NCBI RefSeq assembly: GCF_001194135.2
Contig: NC_068985.1
Location: 22,111,523-22,175,522 of the forward strand
DNA from: Octopus bimaculoides
Taxonomy: Eukaryota
Direction of reading: 5' to 3'
Length of the DNA stretch: 64,000 bases
A program made the position numbers and the translations under genes. The notes below the pieces were generated by a model. The model saw nothing but the letters and a program-made list of their open reading frames with translations. It was not told where the DNA came from and did no database searches. Positions 36,337-49,129 of this stretch are shown here, in pieces. Numbering within the stretch: position 1 is the stretch's first letter; each line of letters opens with the position of its first letter.

Positions 36337-38606
36337 GTAATTTATCCCACCCTCATAATTGTCTGTCTGTAATAAATTGGAATGCTTTGCAATATGCAAA
36401 GTTTACAAAGGTGTGTTGTCTATAGCAAACAGGAATATTGATAGGAAAATTTTCAAAGCATATGAATGTTTGAATTCCAAAAAGCTGACAGAGATTGAGA
36501 AGAATCGCTTTGAGTCTTTTAGAACATAGAACTCTGGCTCATTTGATTCATTGAATAAACTATCATTAGAATGATAAAAGATCTGATTATGAAAGACTTT
36601 ATTCAGTAAATAATTCTACAACTAGATACAAAGCTTACATAAAGGAGAACATTTACCCATTAAATGGTACATCAACTATTTAAGGAAAAAAAAACCCCAC
36701 AAAATCACAAAAGAATCTTCTTTGGTTATGCAATGTATGCACAGTACATACAAAATAGAATAACAAATATGTGTATTTTCATTTCTGATAGTTTTTTTCG
36801 TACAAGGAAAGAATAATGTTAACATTTACAGGGAATACATCACAAGTTCATTCCATGACAATATGCACCCAGTGCACTCTGTAAAGTGGTTGGTGCTAGA
36901 AGGAACATCCAGGCATAGTAACCATGACAAAATGAAATGTACAAACAAGACATGGAGCTCTAACCACACCTATGAGAGAAATAACTCTGAATGAGAGCTG
37001 ACTTGACCATGATGTTAACCTGGAAAGTAAATATAAACTGATGACAATGACAATGATAAGCACCGAGTAACAGAAAAGCTAGGCTACTAAATGCCTCCTA
37101 AAGAGGTTCAATTATTTCCATCTCTGTTTCAAGTTCAAATCCAGGCAGGATTAATGCTGAGTTAGTAGAAATAGTACCAGTGATATATTAAGATCAATTT
37201 AATTGGCTTCCTTTTTCCCTACAAACTTAAAATGCATTATTAACAAATGGTATTTGTATGTGTGTGTATGTTTGCAGGTGTACGTGTGTAGTTAGAATAG
37301 TGGTTAACTGCTTCTGAGATTATTCTACAATTTGGTTTCAATTTCTAATTTACTTCTTTTAAATTACTAATGTGCTTAGGAAGGCATAAACAACCCAACT
37401 TCTTCTCCAAGCTTTCATGAATCTCATTACTGTCATCATCATCATCATCATCATGAGCATTGGTTTTAGACTTGCTGCAGGTGCATTTAGTAAGTGCTTT
37501 TCACTGACATAGGAATAATTTGGTTGTCTTTCCATTCTGTTAGACTGAATGGAATTGTCATGAACCACATTTTTGTTTTCTATTTGTTCTAAACCAACAA
37601 TAACAAAGGGATTTCTCTCCCCCCCCCCCCACCGCACCTTGTTTTTCTAAACTTCAGTTGTGAACAACATACTCATTTTTAGAAACCATACATTACATTA
37701 TGTTATACTAAATACACTAACATTACATGCCCACATTAGTGAATAAATACACACATTCATGTGAATGTAAGGAGTATAAAATGTATGATGCTGTTGTGGA
37801 CATGCTATCTGCAAGGATAAGGAAGACAATGATGGTAACAATGTCAAAGCTACACCATTGAAGTGAATGGATTTCTCAATGTTCCAAATTCCATACATTT
37901 CATGTTTTCACTTTGTCAGTTTAGAAAACCTATTACCTAATGCTTCTTATTCCATGTTATTTTTACATTATTCTTTCTACATTCTCTCTCAACTATCTTT
38001 TTTCATTCATCCTTTTCTCCCATTAACTTCACTTTAGTTATAACCCATCTTCATGTCTCTCCTATCCCTATTTATTTTGTGGCAATGGGAGGAGAAAGTT
38101 TGTCTCTTTTGTCCAGTAACATTCCCCACCACTCAAACACAAAAAGCTGTTATTGGAATATAAAACTTTTCCACTACAAATTAACACATTTTTCTTTTTA
38201 CACAGCAAAGAATTTCTAGTTTTTTTTTCCCCTCACTTTTTAACTCTTATTTGTGACAAATAGTTTTCTAAACATTTTTATACTATTTTTTTTTTTTTTT
38301 CTGATAATCTTTCTATTTTCATGTTTCGTATCTAGATTCCCTACTTAACATCTGCAACCCAACCATGAAGGCATGATGACTCTTTCTCCTAGCTAAACTA
38401 TAAAAGACACAATTCACAGGATCAGGATCATGAGTTAGCTCTCTCTAGCTACAAAATACATTTAGCAAAAAATGTTTACTTTTTTGCATGACATTATAAC
38501 CAAAATTTATTCGCCTTCTTCATCATTAAATTGAAGAAGTTAAAACTTAATTCAATTGTTTTCCAGCATAGCTGAACACACAGTGTAAATGTTACATTAA
38601 TTGCAG

Positions 38607-38698
38607 CTGGATCAGTTGTCAGCTGATCAACCAGAGTTGATGATTTGTTTTGTTTTTTTATATAATCAGAAGACAAAGGAGATCTTAAACTTATCAAG
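38607..38698 (+). CDS. Gene B exon: LDQLSADQPELMICFVFLYNQKTKEILNLS(R)
   Basis: Acceptor gttacattaattgcag and donor AAG|gttatc. 92 nt, phase 0 to 2. Confidence 0.62.
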
Positions 38699-39434
38699 GT
38701 TATCATGAAAACTTTGATAATATCATTATCCTCATCATTGTTGTTTCATCATCATTTTCAACTTATTGAGGCAGATTGTCTATGGCTGAATGCTCTTCCT
38801 GTTGCTAAGCAAGGTAATATTTCCTTTAATCTTCTGAACAATGAACAGTAGATTGTAAACAAATGGAACTGTTTGTATAGATGGTGACTTTGTTTTTACA
38901 TAGTGCACAAATAATGTCAAGACAAGTCAACACACACACTGAGCTTCTTACAGTTCGTCTACCAATTCCACTTATAAGGCACTAGTCATCTTAAAACCAT
39001 AGTAGCAAGTATAAAGCCATAATAGAAGATATTTACCCGTAGTACCATGCAGTGGGAATGAACCCTAGACTACATGGTTATGAAGCATACTTCTTAATCA
39101 CACAACAATACTTGTGCCTATATAAAGTATAAAGTTGTAATGCCACATCATCATTACTATCATTTTAACATCCACTTTTCCATGCTGACATGGGTTGGTC
39201 AGAATTTGTTCAAATGGATTTTCTACAGTGGATGCCCTCCCTCTTGCCAACTCTCACCCATTTCCAAGTAGGATAATATTTCCCCTTGACCAGACTTGTT
39301 TCCACAGAGTATTGGAAATGAATGACACTGCTTGTATGAATGATGGTGATATTCATTTACAACAATCATGTGATACCAAGACAAGGAGATATAGATACAC
39401 ACACTCACATACATACAGATATGTACATGTCATG

Positions 39435-39487
<53 letters not shown>

Positions 39488-39664
39488 ATGATGGGCTTAT
39501 ATACATATATGATAGTAGAAAACACTTTCTCAAGGTGCCACAGAGTGGGACTGAACCCAGAATCATGTGGTTGGGAAGCAAACTTCTTGCCTGCACCTAT
39601 TCATCAACCATGCACCACTAACATCAAATTTACTTCTTTGAAAATTTGGATACATTATATAGAT

Positions 39665-39990
39665 ATCATTATCATCATCATCGTTTAACATCCGCTTTCC
39701 ATGCTAGCATGGGTTGGACGATTTGACTGAGGACTGGTGAACCTGATGGCTACACCAGGCTCCAATCTGATTTGGCAGAGTTTCTACAGCTGGATGCCCT
39801 TCCTAACGCCAACCACTCAGAGAGTGTAGTGGGTGCTTTTACGTGCCACCGGCACGAATGCCAGTCATACGGTACTGGCAATGGCCATACTTAAAATGGT
39901 GTATTTTACGTGCCACCTGCACAGGAGCCAGTCCAGCGGCACTGGCAACGATCTCGCTTGAATGTCTTTACACGTGCCACTGGCAGATAT
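39665..39990 (-). mobile_element. Family X copy
   Basis: Near-identical to 4078-4527. Possible TSD atatagat at 39657 and 39991. Confidence 0.85.
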
Positions 39991-40622
39991 ATAGATGGTA
40001 TATTTTCATATAAGTCATAACTAAAGCAAAGAAATGATAGCTTTTTTCATAAAAAAACATAAAAGCTCAATTTATTTATCTAAATTTATCTAAGTTTTGT
40101 ATACAAAAAGCCCAGTCTATGTCTAACTAATAAAATCACTAGGATACAATATAATCTGCAGCTGTTGTATATGTGCAGTTGCAAAGAACAATGGACCTTT
40201 TAGCCTTTAAAGATACTCTTGTAGTAAACTAATGAGAGATAGTTTACTAATGTTTTTTGTATTTTTTTTTTTATTTGTTCAATGATTAATAACTGAAAAA
40301 TAGCATGCGAAGGAAGTAAAGTATAAATGTGGTGTTACAGTACAAAAATTTTATCTGCTGGTTAGTGATGGGCTTTCATGGAGCAAGAGAGAGAAAAGCG
40401 AAGAAATAGAGAAGCAAAAGGTGAACAGGTAGATGATGTATGGCATTGTAAACAGTAGAGGATGTTGATATAATGGTACAAGAAGCAAAGGGAATCTATG
40501 TTTCTAAAGCAAACGTTTCCAAATGGAAAAGTTGAAGACTAAAAGGAATGCACCATCCAATTTATTTTTGGTATCCTATTTGAATTATCATATTTATTTA
40601 CTTATCAGCCTGTTCTCTTCTT

Positions 40623-40661
<39 letters not shown>

Positions 40662-41094
40662 TTGAATCCATATGTAGCTATTTACTTTTTCATAACTTGT
40701 TTATGATATATCTTTAAGTACAGTATCACAAAATATACTTTACATTTTGTAACACAATCTGATGTGTGTGTGTGTGTGTGCACGCACACACACATACACA
40801 TGCAATGTGTGTTCTGATGGAACAACTACCATCTGCTTTCTAAGCATATCATGATGAACCAGATACATCTAGAGATCATGGTGTGATATATATCTATATA
40901 TATATATATATATATACAGAATTAAAAAGTAGTTTCCTAAACATGAGTTAATTTGCCAAAATAAAACCATTATTATTGCTTAAATATCTGTTTAGCAAAC
41001 TGGCATATACTCCTTTACTCTTCCCAAGGACTGTGACCAAATATTTCCATGTAACCATATTTTGTGTTATATATCTACGAAGAATAACTTTCAG

Positions 41095-41149
41095 AGTTCT
41101 GAATGAACAGCCACACTCCAGAGCTTTCTTAACCTACTCCCTTATAATG
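41095..41149 (+). CDS. Gene B exon: VLNEQPHSRAFLTYSLIM
   Basis: Acceptor aataactttcag and donor ATG|gtattt. 55 nt, phase 2 to 0; the other frames are closed. Confidence 0.68.
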
Positions 41150-41334
41150 GTATTTTTCACAAAACACTTCATATGTTTATATGAAAACTCTTATACATCT
41201 TATATGAACTGACCTATATATTATTCTGAATTCATTTGCACTGGAAAATTTGATTTCCACATTCCTCTGCAATTGCTGCAACTCTCTTTCGTTGCAAATT
41301 ATTTTATTTCTGTTATAATCATTACATATTTTAG

Positions 41335-41414
41335 CTTTTGGATGATGCAAGATTTTTTTATTTTCTATTTTGTTATCAACAAAGACAACACAATCCCTTG
41401 ATATTCTCCCCAGT
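41335..41414 (+). CDS. Gene B exon: LLDDARFFYFLFCYQQRQHNPLIFSP(V)
   Basis: Acceptor cattacatattttag and donor AGT|gtaagc. 80 nt, phase 0 to 2. Confidence 0.7.
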
Positions 41415-41761
41415 GTAAGCATATTGGTTACACTTCACAGAAAAACCCAATAATTCCTTTTCTGTAAAGTGAAAAGATACTGGTTTTAATTCTTGGTCGC
41501 ATTTACAGATTTTTTACTCTTTCTACTAAACCCTTCACCACACAAAATATTGATCCATAGGGAAATTCTTGTCAGCAATTAATCTTGATTGAATTCCTTA
41601 ATGAGAACTCAAACACAAATATGAAATGGAGCAGACTGAGAAAATAATTTTATTGAACATTTACTTTTCACCAAACTTCAGCAAACTGATCTTATTAGCT
41701 CTTTATAACATGACTTATATAGATTTAATGATTCACAAAGATGTTTCTCATTGTCCATTAG

Positions 41762-41803
41762 ATTTCTACTTAGCATATTCCAAAATATGCAAAGCAAATC
41801 AAG
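41762..41803 (+). CDS. Gene B exon: FLLSIFQNMQSKS(R)
   Basis: Acceptor tttctcattgtccattag and donor AAG|gtaggg. 42 nt, phase 2 to 2. Confidence 0.65.
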
Positions 41804-42170
41804 GTAGGGAAATAATTGCAAGAGATATACTTTTCGCATCATCATTTCACCAGAGTTAGCTTATGTAGTTTCAGGGTATGGAGAAACTTCAAACTGCAAC
41901 CTGAACCTATTGTTCCTTTTTCTTTTCTTTTTTTCATTTTCTTTTTGTTCTATTTCATTATGATTCTACAGCTTCATATTAGTTTTTGTTCCATTTGATT
42001 CTCCCTGCTCCATTAGGTTTGTTAAAGAAAGCTATGTTACAAAAAAAAATGTAATGTCAAAAATTAATGAGTGAAATGTCACAATATACTCAAGAGGAAT
42101 TGATATATAGATGTTATAATACAATGAATTACTACATTTCATTTTCCGATCCTTGTTTTGTTCTGTTTAG

Positions 42171-42252
42171 GACTTACAGAGAGAATATAGACCATTTGTA
42201 TGACATAGTCAATTCTCATGACTATCTTATATGTTTCAATTCCATCTCCTAA
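42171..42252 (+). CDS. Gene B probable terminal coding exon: TYRENIDHLYDIVNSHDYLICFNSIS*
   Basis: Strong acceptor ccttgttttgttctgtttag, phase 2 start, TAA at 42250-42252 and AATAAA at 42383-42388. An internal donor TTT|gtatga at 42198 could instead continue the gene downstream. Confidence 0.6.
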
Positions 42253-42382
42253 TTATCTAATTAACATGTCATATCCACTCCATGACTGCAGTTGACATCA
42301 CATACAATTCTATCTGCTCCATACTTTTATGCCTTTCTTATTGCTAACATCACATACAATTCTATCTGCGCCATTTACATAA

Positions 42383-42388
42383 AATAAA
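42383..42388 (+). promoter_or_regulatory. Candidate polyadenylation signal for gene B
   Basis: AATAAA about 130 nt after the stop codon. The motif is common in AT-rich DNA. Confidence 0.3.
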
Positions 42389-45300
42389 ATAACTATTAAT
42401 GAGGTATTGTTTTCCATACTTTTATGCCTTTCTTATTGCTAACTCTTACCTGTTTTTCAAGTAAGGGATCTCTTATTCTCTACATTTTGAAAGCTGCAAC
42501 ATCAGTTAATGATTTGTAAACGGGGGGGGGGGGGATCAACGTCATTGTTTGTAGTTCAGCAATTTTTAGAGGAGTGCACATGTAAACAAATACACAGACA
42601 CACATATACATCACTTTTCTGTGGTTGCATGGGTCAGAAAGAATTTGATAAGGCAGATTTTCTACAAACGGACGCCCTTCCTGTTGCCACCTATTTCCGC
42701 TTGTATGATGATGATCCTCATTTACAACCCTCATGCAATGTCTAGATGAGGGCACACATACATACACACACACACACACAACACACATACTGGGCTTCTT
42801 TCAGTTTCCATCTATCAAATCCATTCACAAGTCTTTGGTCAGCCTGAGACTGAAGTAGAAGACACTTGCACAAGGTGCCTCACAATGGGACTGAACTCAA
42901 GATCATATGGTTGGGGAGCAAACATTTTAACCACACAGCCACACCTGTGCCAATGCATGTTACTTATATAACAACTATATTTCACTGAAATTCACAAGCT
43001 TCAGAAATATATCCATCATTCATTGTCTCATTTTTGATTTGGTAATGTTTGCATGCTGCTCAATGAATATATCTACCTATTTGGTCAGGTCTGTATATTT
43101 ATTCTCATTTGGTCCACACTGTATAGCTGTACAAAATGTAGCCAATTGTCTTGTAGTATCTGTTATATTTCCTAGATTTACTATGTTAATTAATAACATT
43201 TTTACATATAGTTTCTTGTGGGTAAGCACTGGTTTTAAACAACAACAATATATTAAATATTGTTTCTTCTTTTTGAGAAACCTTCAAACTTATTCTGGTT
43301 TCTTTGTAAAGTCATTACTATCATATCTAGCTTTAGTACATACTAGACTACCCATGACCCATTGGGTCACTGATAGTTCAGGTTATACAACATTGAAGCT
43401 GATTTCAACATTGCATTGAAATGAAAGTTAATTTTATGATGATTCAGTTAAATATTTCAATTCATTTGTGTCTTCATAAGTCTGGTTTACAAGTTCATGT
43501 TTAAGGTTTTATTGATTATTTACAGCATCTACTAGAAATAGAACTTCTGGGATAAACTTGAACTCCAGTAACAGCATTTATTTATGGCATATATGCACAC
43601 TTCTACAAAAATACAAAAGGAATTGTTATATTATGTAAACATAAAATTAATAGAAACAATTTTCACAGTATTATATATTCCCATTTCAGAGTTATGTTAT
43701 TTTTGGAGTATTTTCCCATTATGTGCAGTTTTGGCTATTTTTGAAGGTAGCTCCCAAAAATTGCATATCTCAGGAATCCATGATCCAATTTACGCAAAGC
43801 TTGTTTTATTCTGTTTGTATTCACATTTCAGGGGTTACTTACTTTCAGAGTATTTTCCCATTATGTGCTGGTTTGGCTGTATTAAATTACAGGCAAGCAC
43901 ACATGCAAACAAGCAAGCAATCATAGAGTTTTAGTAGTATATAGATTGACTATGATGGAATTTATTTTATCATTCTTATGTGGCCATATCATAGCTTTTC
44001 TTTTATGGCTTTCCTTTAATTAGCTTTTTTGGATGAAATGTTAGGGGAAGGGGTTCTATCTAAAACTCACTCAATACTCCAAGCCCTGTGTTATAACTAA
44101 TAATTTCCTTATCAATAAAAATAACAGAAAATATTCTGTTGCTTTTTTATTCATATGCATTATTCCTGTTATTTTATTATTACTTCAGAGATGTAATTGC
44201 CTGGCAAGTGATTTGATCTGAGACTGTGTGTTGAAACTAATATAATTACAGCATGGAAGACACATATGAGACATTCAAAAGCACACAAAAAATCTTTAAC
44301 TTCACTTAAACATTTATTATTTGGTGTTGAAAAGTTTTGTCACAATAAGTGTGATATGATCCCTGACAGGGTTCTACTGCAACTGGAACTCTTGTAGTGA
44401 CTGGTTTGCAGCTGATGTAACAAAAATTCTGACACCAAATAAGATGTAGTTAATATTTTGGGTGCTTTTGAATGGCTAATATGTGTCTTCTGTGCTGTAA
44501 TTGGTTCATTGTCGTTGTCATCATTCCACTGCTGCCACGGTTGTCATCACTATTATTATCATTTAAAAGTCACAAAATATGAAAGAGAAATTGAATATAT
44601 TTAATAACCAAATGGGAGTAGAAACAAACAAATATATTTCTGTCTCATAAAATGCTTTTTATTTATTTTTATATGAAAGTAATATTTGTGATCAAATTAC
44701 TATGAACCACTGGTTACTGAAACCACTAGTGAATAAAAACCATTTGAAGGGTGGGGATCGTAAAATCTAAAAAAAAAGAAAAATAATAAATGAAATATCT
44801 GCTACTGAAAACATTGTTCAGTTTAAATGTTCATATTGTGATACATCTGGTGACTTATTAGAGTTGAATTTTTATTTTTCCTTTCCCTTTAAAAATACAA
44901 AATTGGAAATGGTTGGAAATTTAGATGACAAAACAAAACTAGTTGAAACCCAATTACTCTTAAACTACTTCAACTGATACATGAAGAATGCAAGGAATGT
45001 TTAGAGATTTGCAACCTCAGTGGCACAAACGTTAGCAAAAGTCAAGTATAGTATATACATATAGCTTTCAATAAAAAAAAATTCTAAATATATTTTCAAA
45101 ATACAGTGGTAGAGATTACAAATGATGAAAGGCAAGTCGACAATTTTTTTTTATGAGGGAAAATAAATTTGGAATGAATGATAACTGCACTTATCTACAA
45201 ACATACATACATACATACACACATACACACATAATGACAATTTATTATATGTAAGTGTGTAACTCCAAAGCTAGTTGAATAACAACTAAAAAGGAAAATA

Positions 45301-45736
45301 ATACAAAACTAAAAATATATTTTTATCTCAATATTCTGCATCATTTAATAATTATAAAAATCTCATTAAATTCTTTTGAAGAATTTCAGCAACCTAAATG
45401 CTGAATTAATGTAATGAACCAGGTGTTAAAAAATCTGTTACTAATAATATAACATTCCAACAGCTATATAGCTGCAGTTGGGGCATAGAACTTAATGTTA
45501 TGCAACAATAACTGGTTGAGATAGGAACTGAGTACAATGTTATAGCATAGCGGTGCTCCAGCATGGCCGCAGTCAAATGACTGAAACAAATAAAAGAATA
45601 AAAGACTACAAATAAACTTAAAAAAACAATCACTGTGATATTCAGATATACCTTTAATTAATTAATAAAAGTAATTGACTTCGTTTTTGGATTTGGTTTG
45701 CAAGATTCTTTATGTGAGTTTGTGTGTTGAAGCATA

Positions 45737-46082
45737 TTTTGTTGTGTCTGGGGAGAGTCATTCTCTTTTAGTGCCTTATTATTTAACACACTCACTGGTA
45801 AAGTTTCCACTCATTTACTTATTTATTTTTCCTAGAATTTTCATTGTGTCTTGCAACCTTTTTAATAGTCGTTGACTCTGTCTGTTATCCGAGATGCATT
45901 CTTTTTGTTCATTTGTGCGCATGTGTGTGAGACAGCGTGTGTGCACATACACATGTATGTATGTATGTATGTATGCATGTAAGTGTATGTATGTGTGTGT
46001 GTGCATACGTATATAAGTATGTATATGTGTACATTTGTATGTAAGTATTCTGTGTTTGTGTGTTCGTATTTGTGTGTTTTTA

Positions 46083-46130
<48 letters not shown>

Positions 46131-47549
46131 GGTTTTTGCGACTATGTACTGTCTGTATGTATGGATGTGTGTCTCCATGCATGTCCTTGTGTGAAGTGTG
46201 TGTGTATATGGTCACATGTTTCAGTCTTCATTTGCATATGTATGTGTGTATGTGTGCTTGTCTGTTCATATCACATATGTACCTATCTGTCTGTATGTCT
46301 ATCTGTTTACATTTATATCCATTTACCTACACAGATGTGCACATACATATACATATACATACACACACACACACACACATATACATACATCTACATAACA
46401 GCCCACTAACTATTCTACCTGTATATAAATATAAACTGTGGGTATGGGGGTAGGATTACCTACTACATATATTTCCTATTTAGTACTGGGGATGTTTCAT
46501 TAATGAGCATGTACTCCTGTATTTGTCTGAGTGTTGACTCCTTTGGGTGCTTGGATAAAATGCAGATATTACGTTGACCCAGGCTGTGAATGTCAAGTTG
46601 ACCCAGGTTGCCTCCATGTTGGTCTAAGTTGACCCAGGTTGCTTCCATGTTGGTCCGGACCAACACGGAGGCAACCTGGGTCAACTTGACATCTGCATTT
46701 TATCCAAGCACCAAAGGACCCAACACCCAGAGAAATACAGGAGTACGTCATCATAAATGAAACATTCCCAGTACTAAATATGTAGTAGGTAATCATACCC
46801 CCATACCCATAGTTTATATTTATATACAGGTAGAATAGTTAGTGGGCTGTTATGTAGATGTATGTATATGTGTGTGTGTATGTATGTATATGTGTATGTA
46901 TGTGCACATGTATGTAGGTAAATGGATATGATGTAAACAGATAGACATACAGACGTACAGGTACATAGGTAATATGAACAGACAAGCACACATACACACA
47001 TACATATGCAAATGAAGACTGAAACATGTGACCATATACACACACACTTCACTTTACACAAGGACACATATGGAGACACATATCCATACATACAGATACA
47101 GTACATAGTCATGAAAAGCCATACACAGACACACTCAGACATGCGCGCGCACACACGCACACACACACACACACATAAAAATACGCAAAGACGAACACAC
47201 AAACACATGAATATGCATAAAACATACATACAAACATACACACATACAAACATACACACATACACACACATACATGCATACACACACTTGCATGGATACA
47301 TACATACATATATACATATGTGCATACATGTGACCCACACACACACATGCACACACAGTGACCCACACACGTGTGCACAAACAAAAAGAATGCAGCTCAG
47401 ATAATGGACAGAGTTAATGACTATTGGAAAGGTTGCAAAACACAATGAAAATTTTAAGAAAATAAATAAGTAAATGAGTGAAAACTTTACCAGTGAATGT
47501 GTTAAATAATAAGGCACTGAAAGGGAATGGCTCTCCCCAGACAACAAAA
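45737..47549. repeat. ~1.8 kb foldback palindrome with diverged, microsatellite-rich arms and no spacer
   Basis: Centre gttggtcc|ggaccaac at 46656/46657. The arms are colinear in reverse complement, so the track ORFs on opposite strands share SGESHSL.VPYYLTHSLVKF.LIYLFIF and MCVYGHMFQSSFAYVCVYVCLSVHITYVP. Confidence 0.95.
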
Positions 47550-47650
47550 GTAATTGAAATACACCTTTAATTAATCAAATAAAAATAATTGGAAGTTATT
47601 ATTACATTTTGTTATCTTATTGCTAATTAGAAAAGGCTGGATATTTCTTA

Positions 47651-47830
47651 AAAATTTAGTTGTACAAGAGGCTGCTGAAAAGTTCCAGGCTTTGAGGGCA
47701 TCACAAAAGACCTGGTCGGAGGCCCAACTTTCCAGCTTCCACTGCAATAAGTGTGTGAATCTGAAAGGAGAATATGTTGAATAAAAGTCATAATAAACTG
47801 ATCCTCTTGTATTTTCTTTTACCCAATACA
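47651..47830 (+). mobile_element. Mariner-derived MITE fragment
   Basis: tacaagaggctgctgaaaagttccaggc TIR-like start and the transposase C-terminal remnant NKCVNLKGEYVE*; the right TIR is missing. Confidence 0.6.
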
Positions 47831-49129
47831 CTTACTTATATACACATGAAGGCATACACAATTTTTCATTAAAACCCTACGCTATTTGTCATTATTTATC
47901 TTGTAGACAAAATAGCTTAAATTCTGCAGGACAGATCTTTTTCAGTTCTGTCAGTTATTAATTAACCCATCATTTAAAAAAAAGGAATTTATTTTAAAGA
48001 TGATACGTCTTAAAATGTCAATTGAGCAGTAGCCACAACATTACTTTCGTTTCCAACTCTTTATAATGTCATAATAACAATCTATCTACTACACAAGGAC
48101 AGCTATTCAGTACACTTGAAGTTTTTGTTGGTATCAGACAAGTGATCTATTCATCAAATATATGCATTGATAATAGTATTGTACCAGAATTAATGGACAA
48201 TTTAGTGCAAGCATAGATGGTAAATAGTCTTTTTTACTATAGGCACAAAGCTTGAATTTTGTAGGGTGATGCTAGTTGATTACATCCAGCCCAGTGATCA
48301 ACTGGTACTTATTCTATTGCTCCTAAAATGATAAAAGGCAAAGTTGACCTCAACAGAATTTGAACTCAGAACATAAAGCCAGAAGAAATACTACTAAACG
48401 TTTTGTCTGGTGTGCTAACAATTCTGCCAATAATGATGACTGAGTCTCAATGCCTGTGAATCAGCATGAAAACAGAATAAAAACAGAAAATAATCAGTAA
48501 CATCATCAACTAGGAATAATTATTTTCCTTGTACAATAAAAATGAAAGAGTTAATCTTGATGATCATATATTTTGATGATTGTTTAAATTATAAAATTAT
48601 AAAAACAGCAGAAAGATCTTGACTGCAGCTTTCTTGGATAAAATGAACCTTGAATGTAGAATGTAAAGTGATTATCACATTCGAGACAGGAACCCAATAA
48701 TTATAGTCTTTAAAACAGAAGGTGGAATACCTTAAATATGTTATTAATTATTCACAGGATGCTATTTTAATGCTTACTAATTAAATATGTTAATGCATAT
48801 TAATTAAAGAACTTAATCTAGTGATTACTTTAAGTAATGTTAAGAGTAAATGCTTATCTGACAATGTATGCAGAGGTCATGGCCATGGCACATAGAATAG
48901 AAAGGGATTGAAACTCTGAGATGTAACCATTTGCAATACTAACTCAAAACACTGGCCTGCCACCTAATCAGCTACCACTCAAGTGAACACACAAACTAAA
49001 TAGATATCATGCTCATCAAGAAACAGAATAGACAGTTGGTTGTGAATATCAAGGTTTTACCTCAGTGAAGCATGTGCCTCTCAACATAAATTAGTAATTA
49101 GTGTCTTCAGAGTAAGAGATAGAGAGACC

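Noticed and set aside
41177-41462. Minus-strand ORF or terminal-exon candidate (..KILHHPKAKIC.. or ..KGLCCLC*)
   Set aside because: It is better explained as the antisense shadow of gene B exon 41335-41414, which chains in phase with six other exons.
43039-43419. 126-aa plus-strand ORF
   Set aside because: It has low-information AT-rich codons and no motif. Only a small internal part (ending at donor 43221) might be an alternative gene B exon.
45983-47547. Long track ORFs of 117-257 aa rich in C, V, M, Y, H and T
   Set aside because: They are translations of (GT)/(ATGT) microsatellites within the palindrome arms, with no coding signal.
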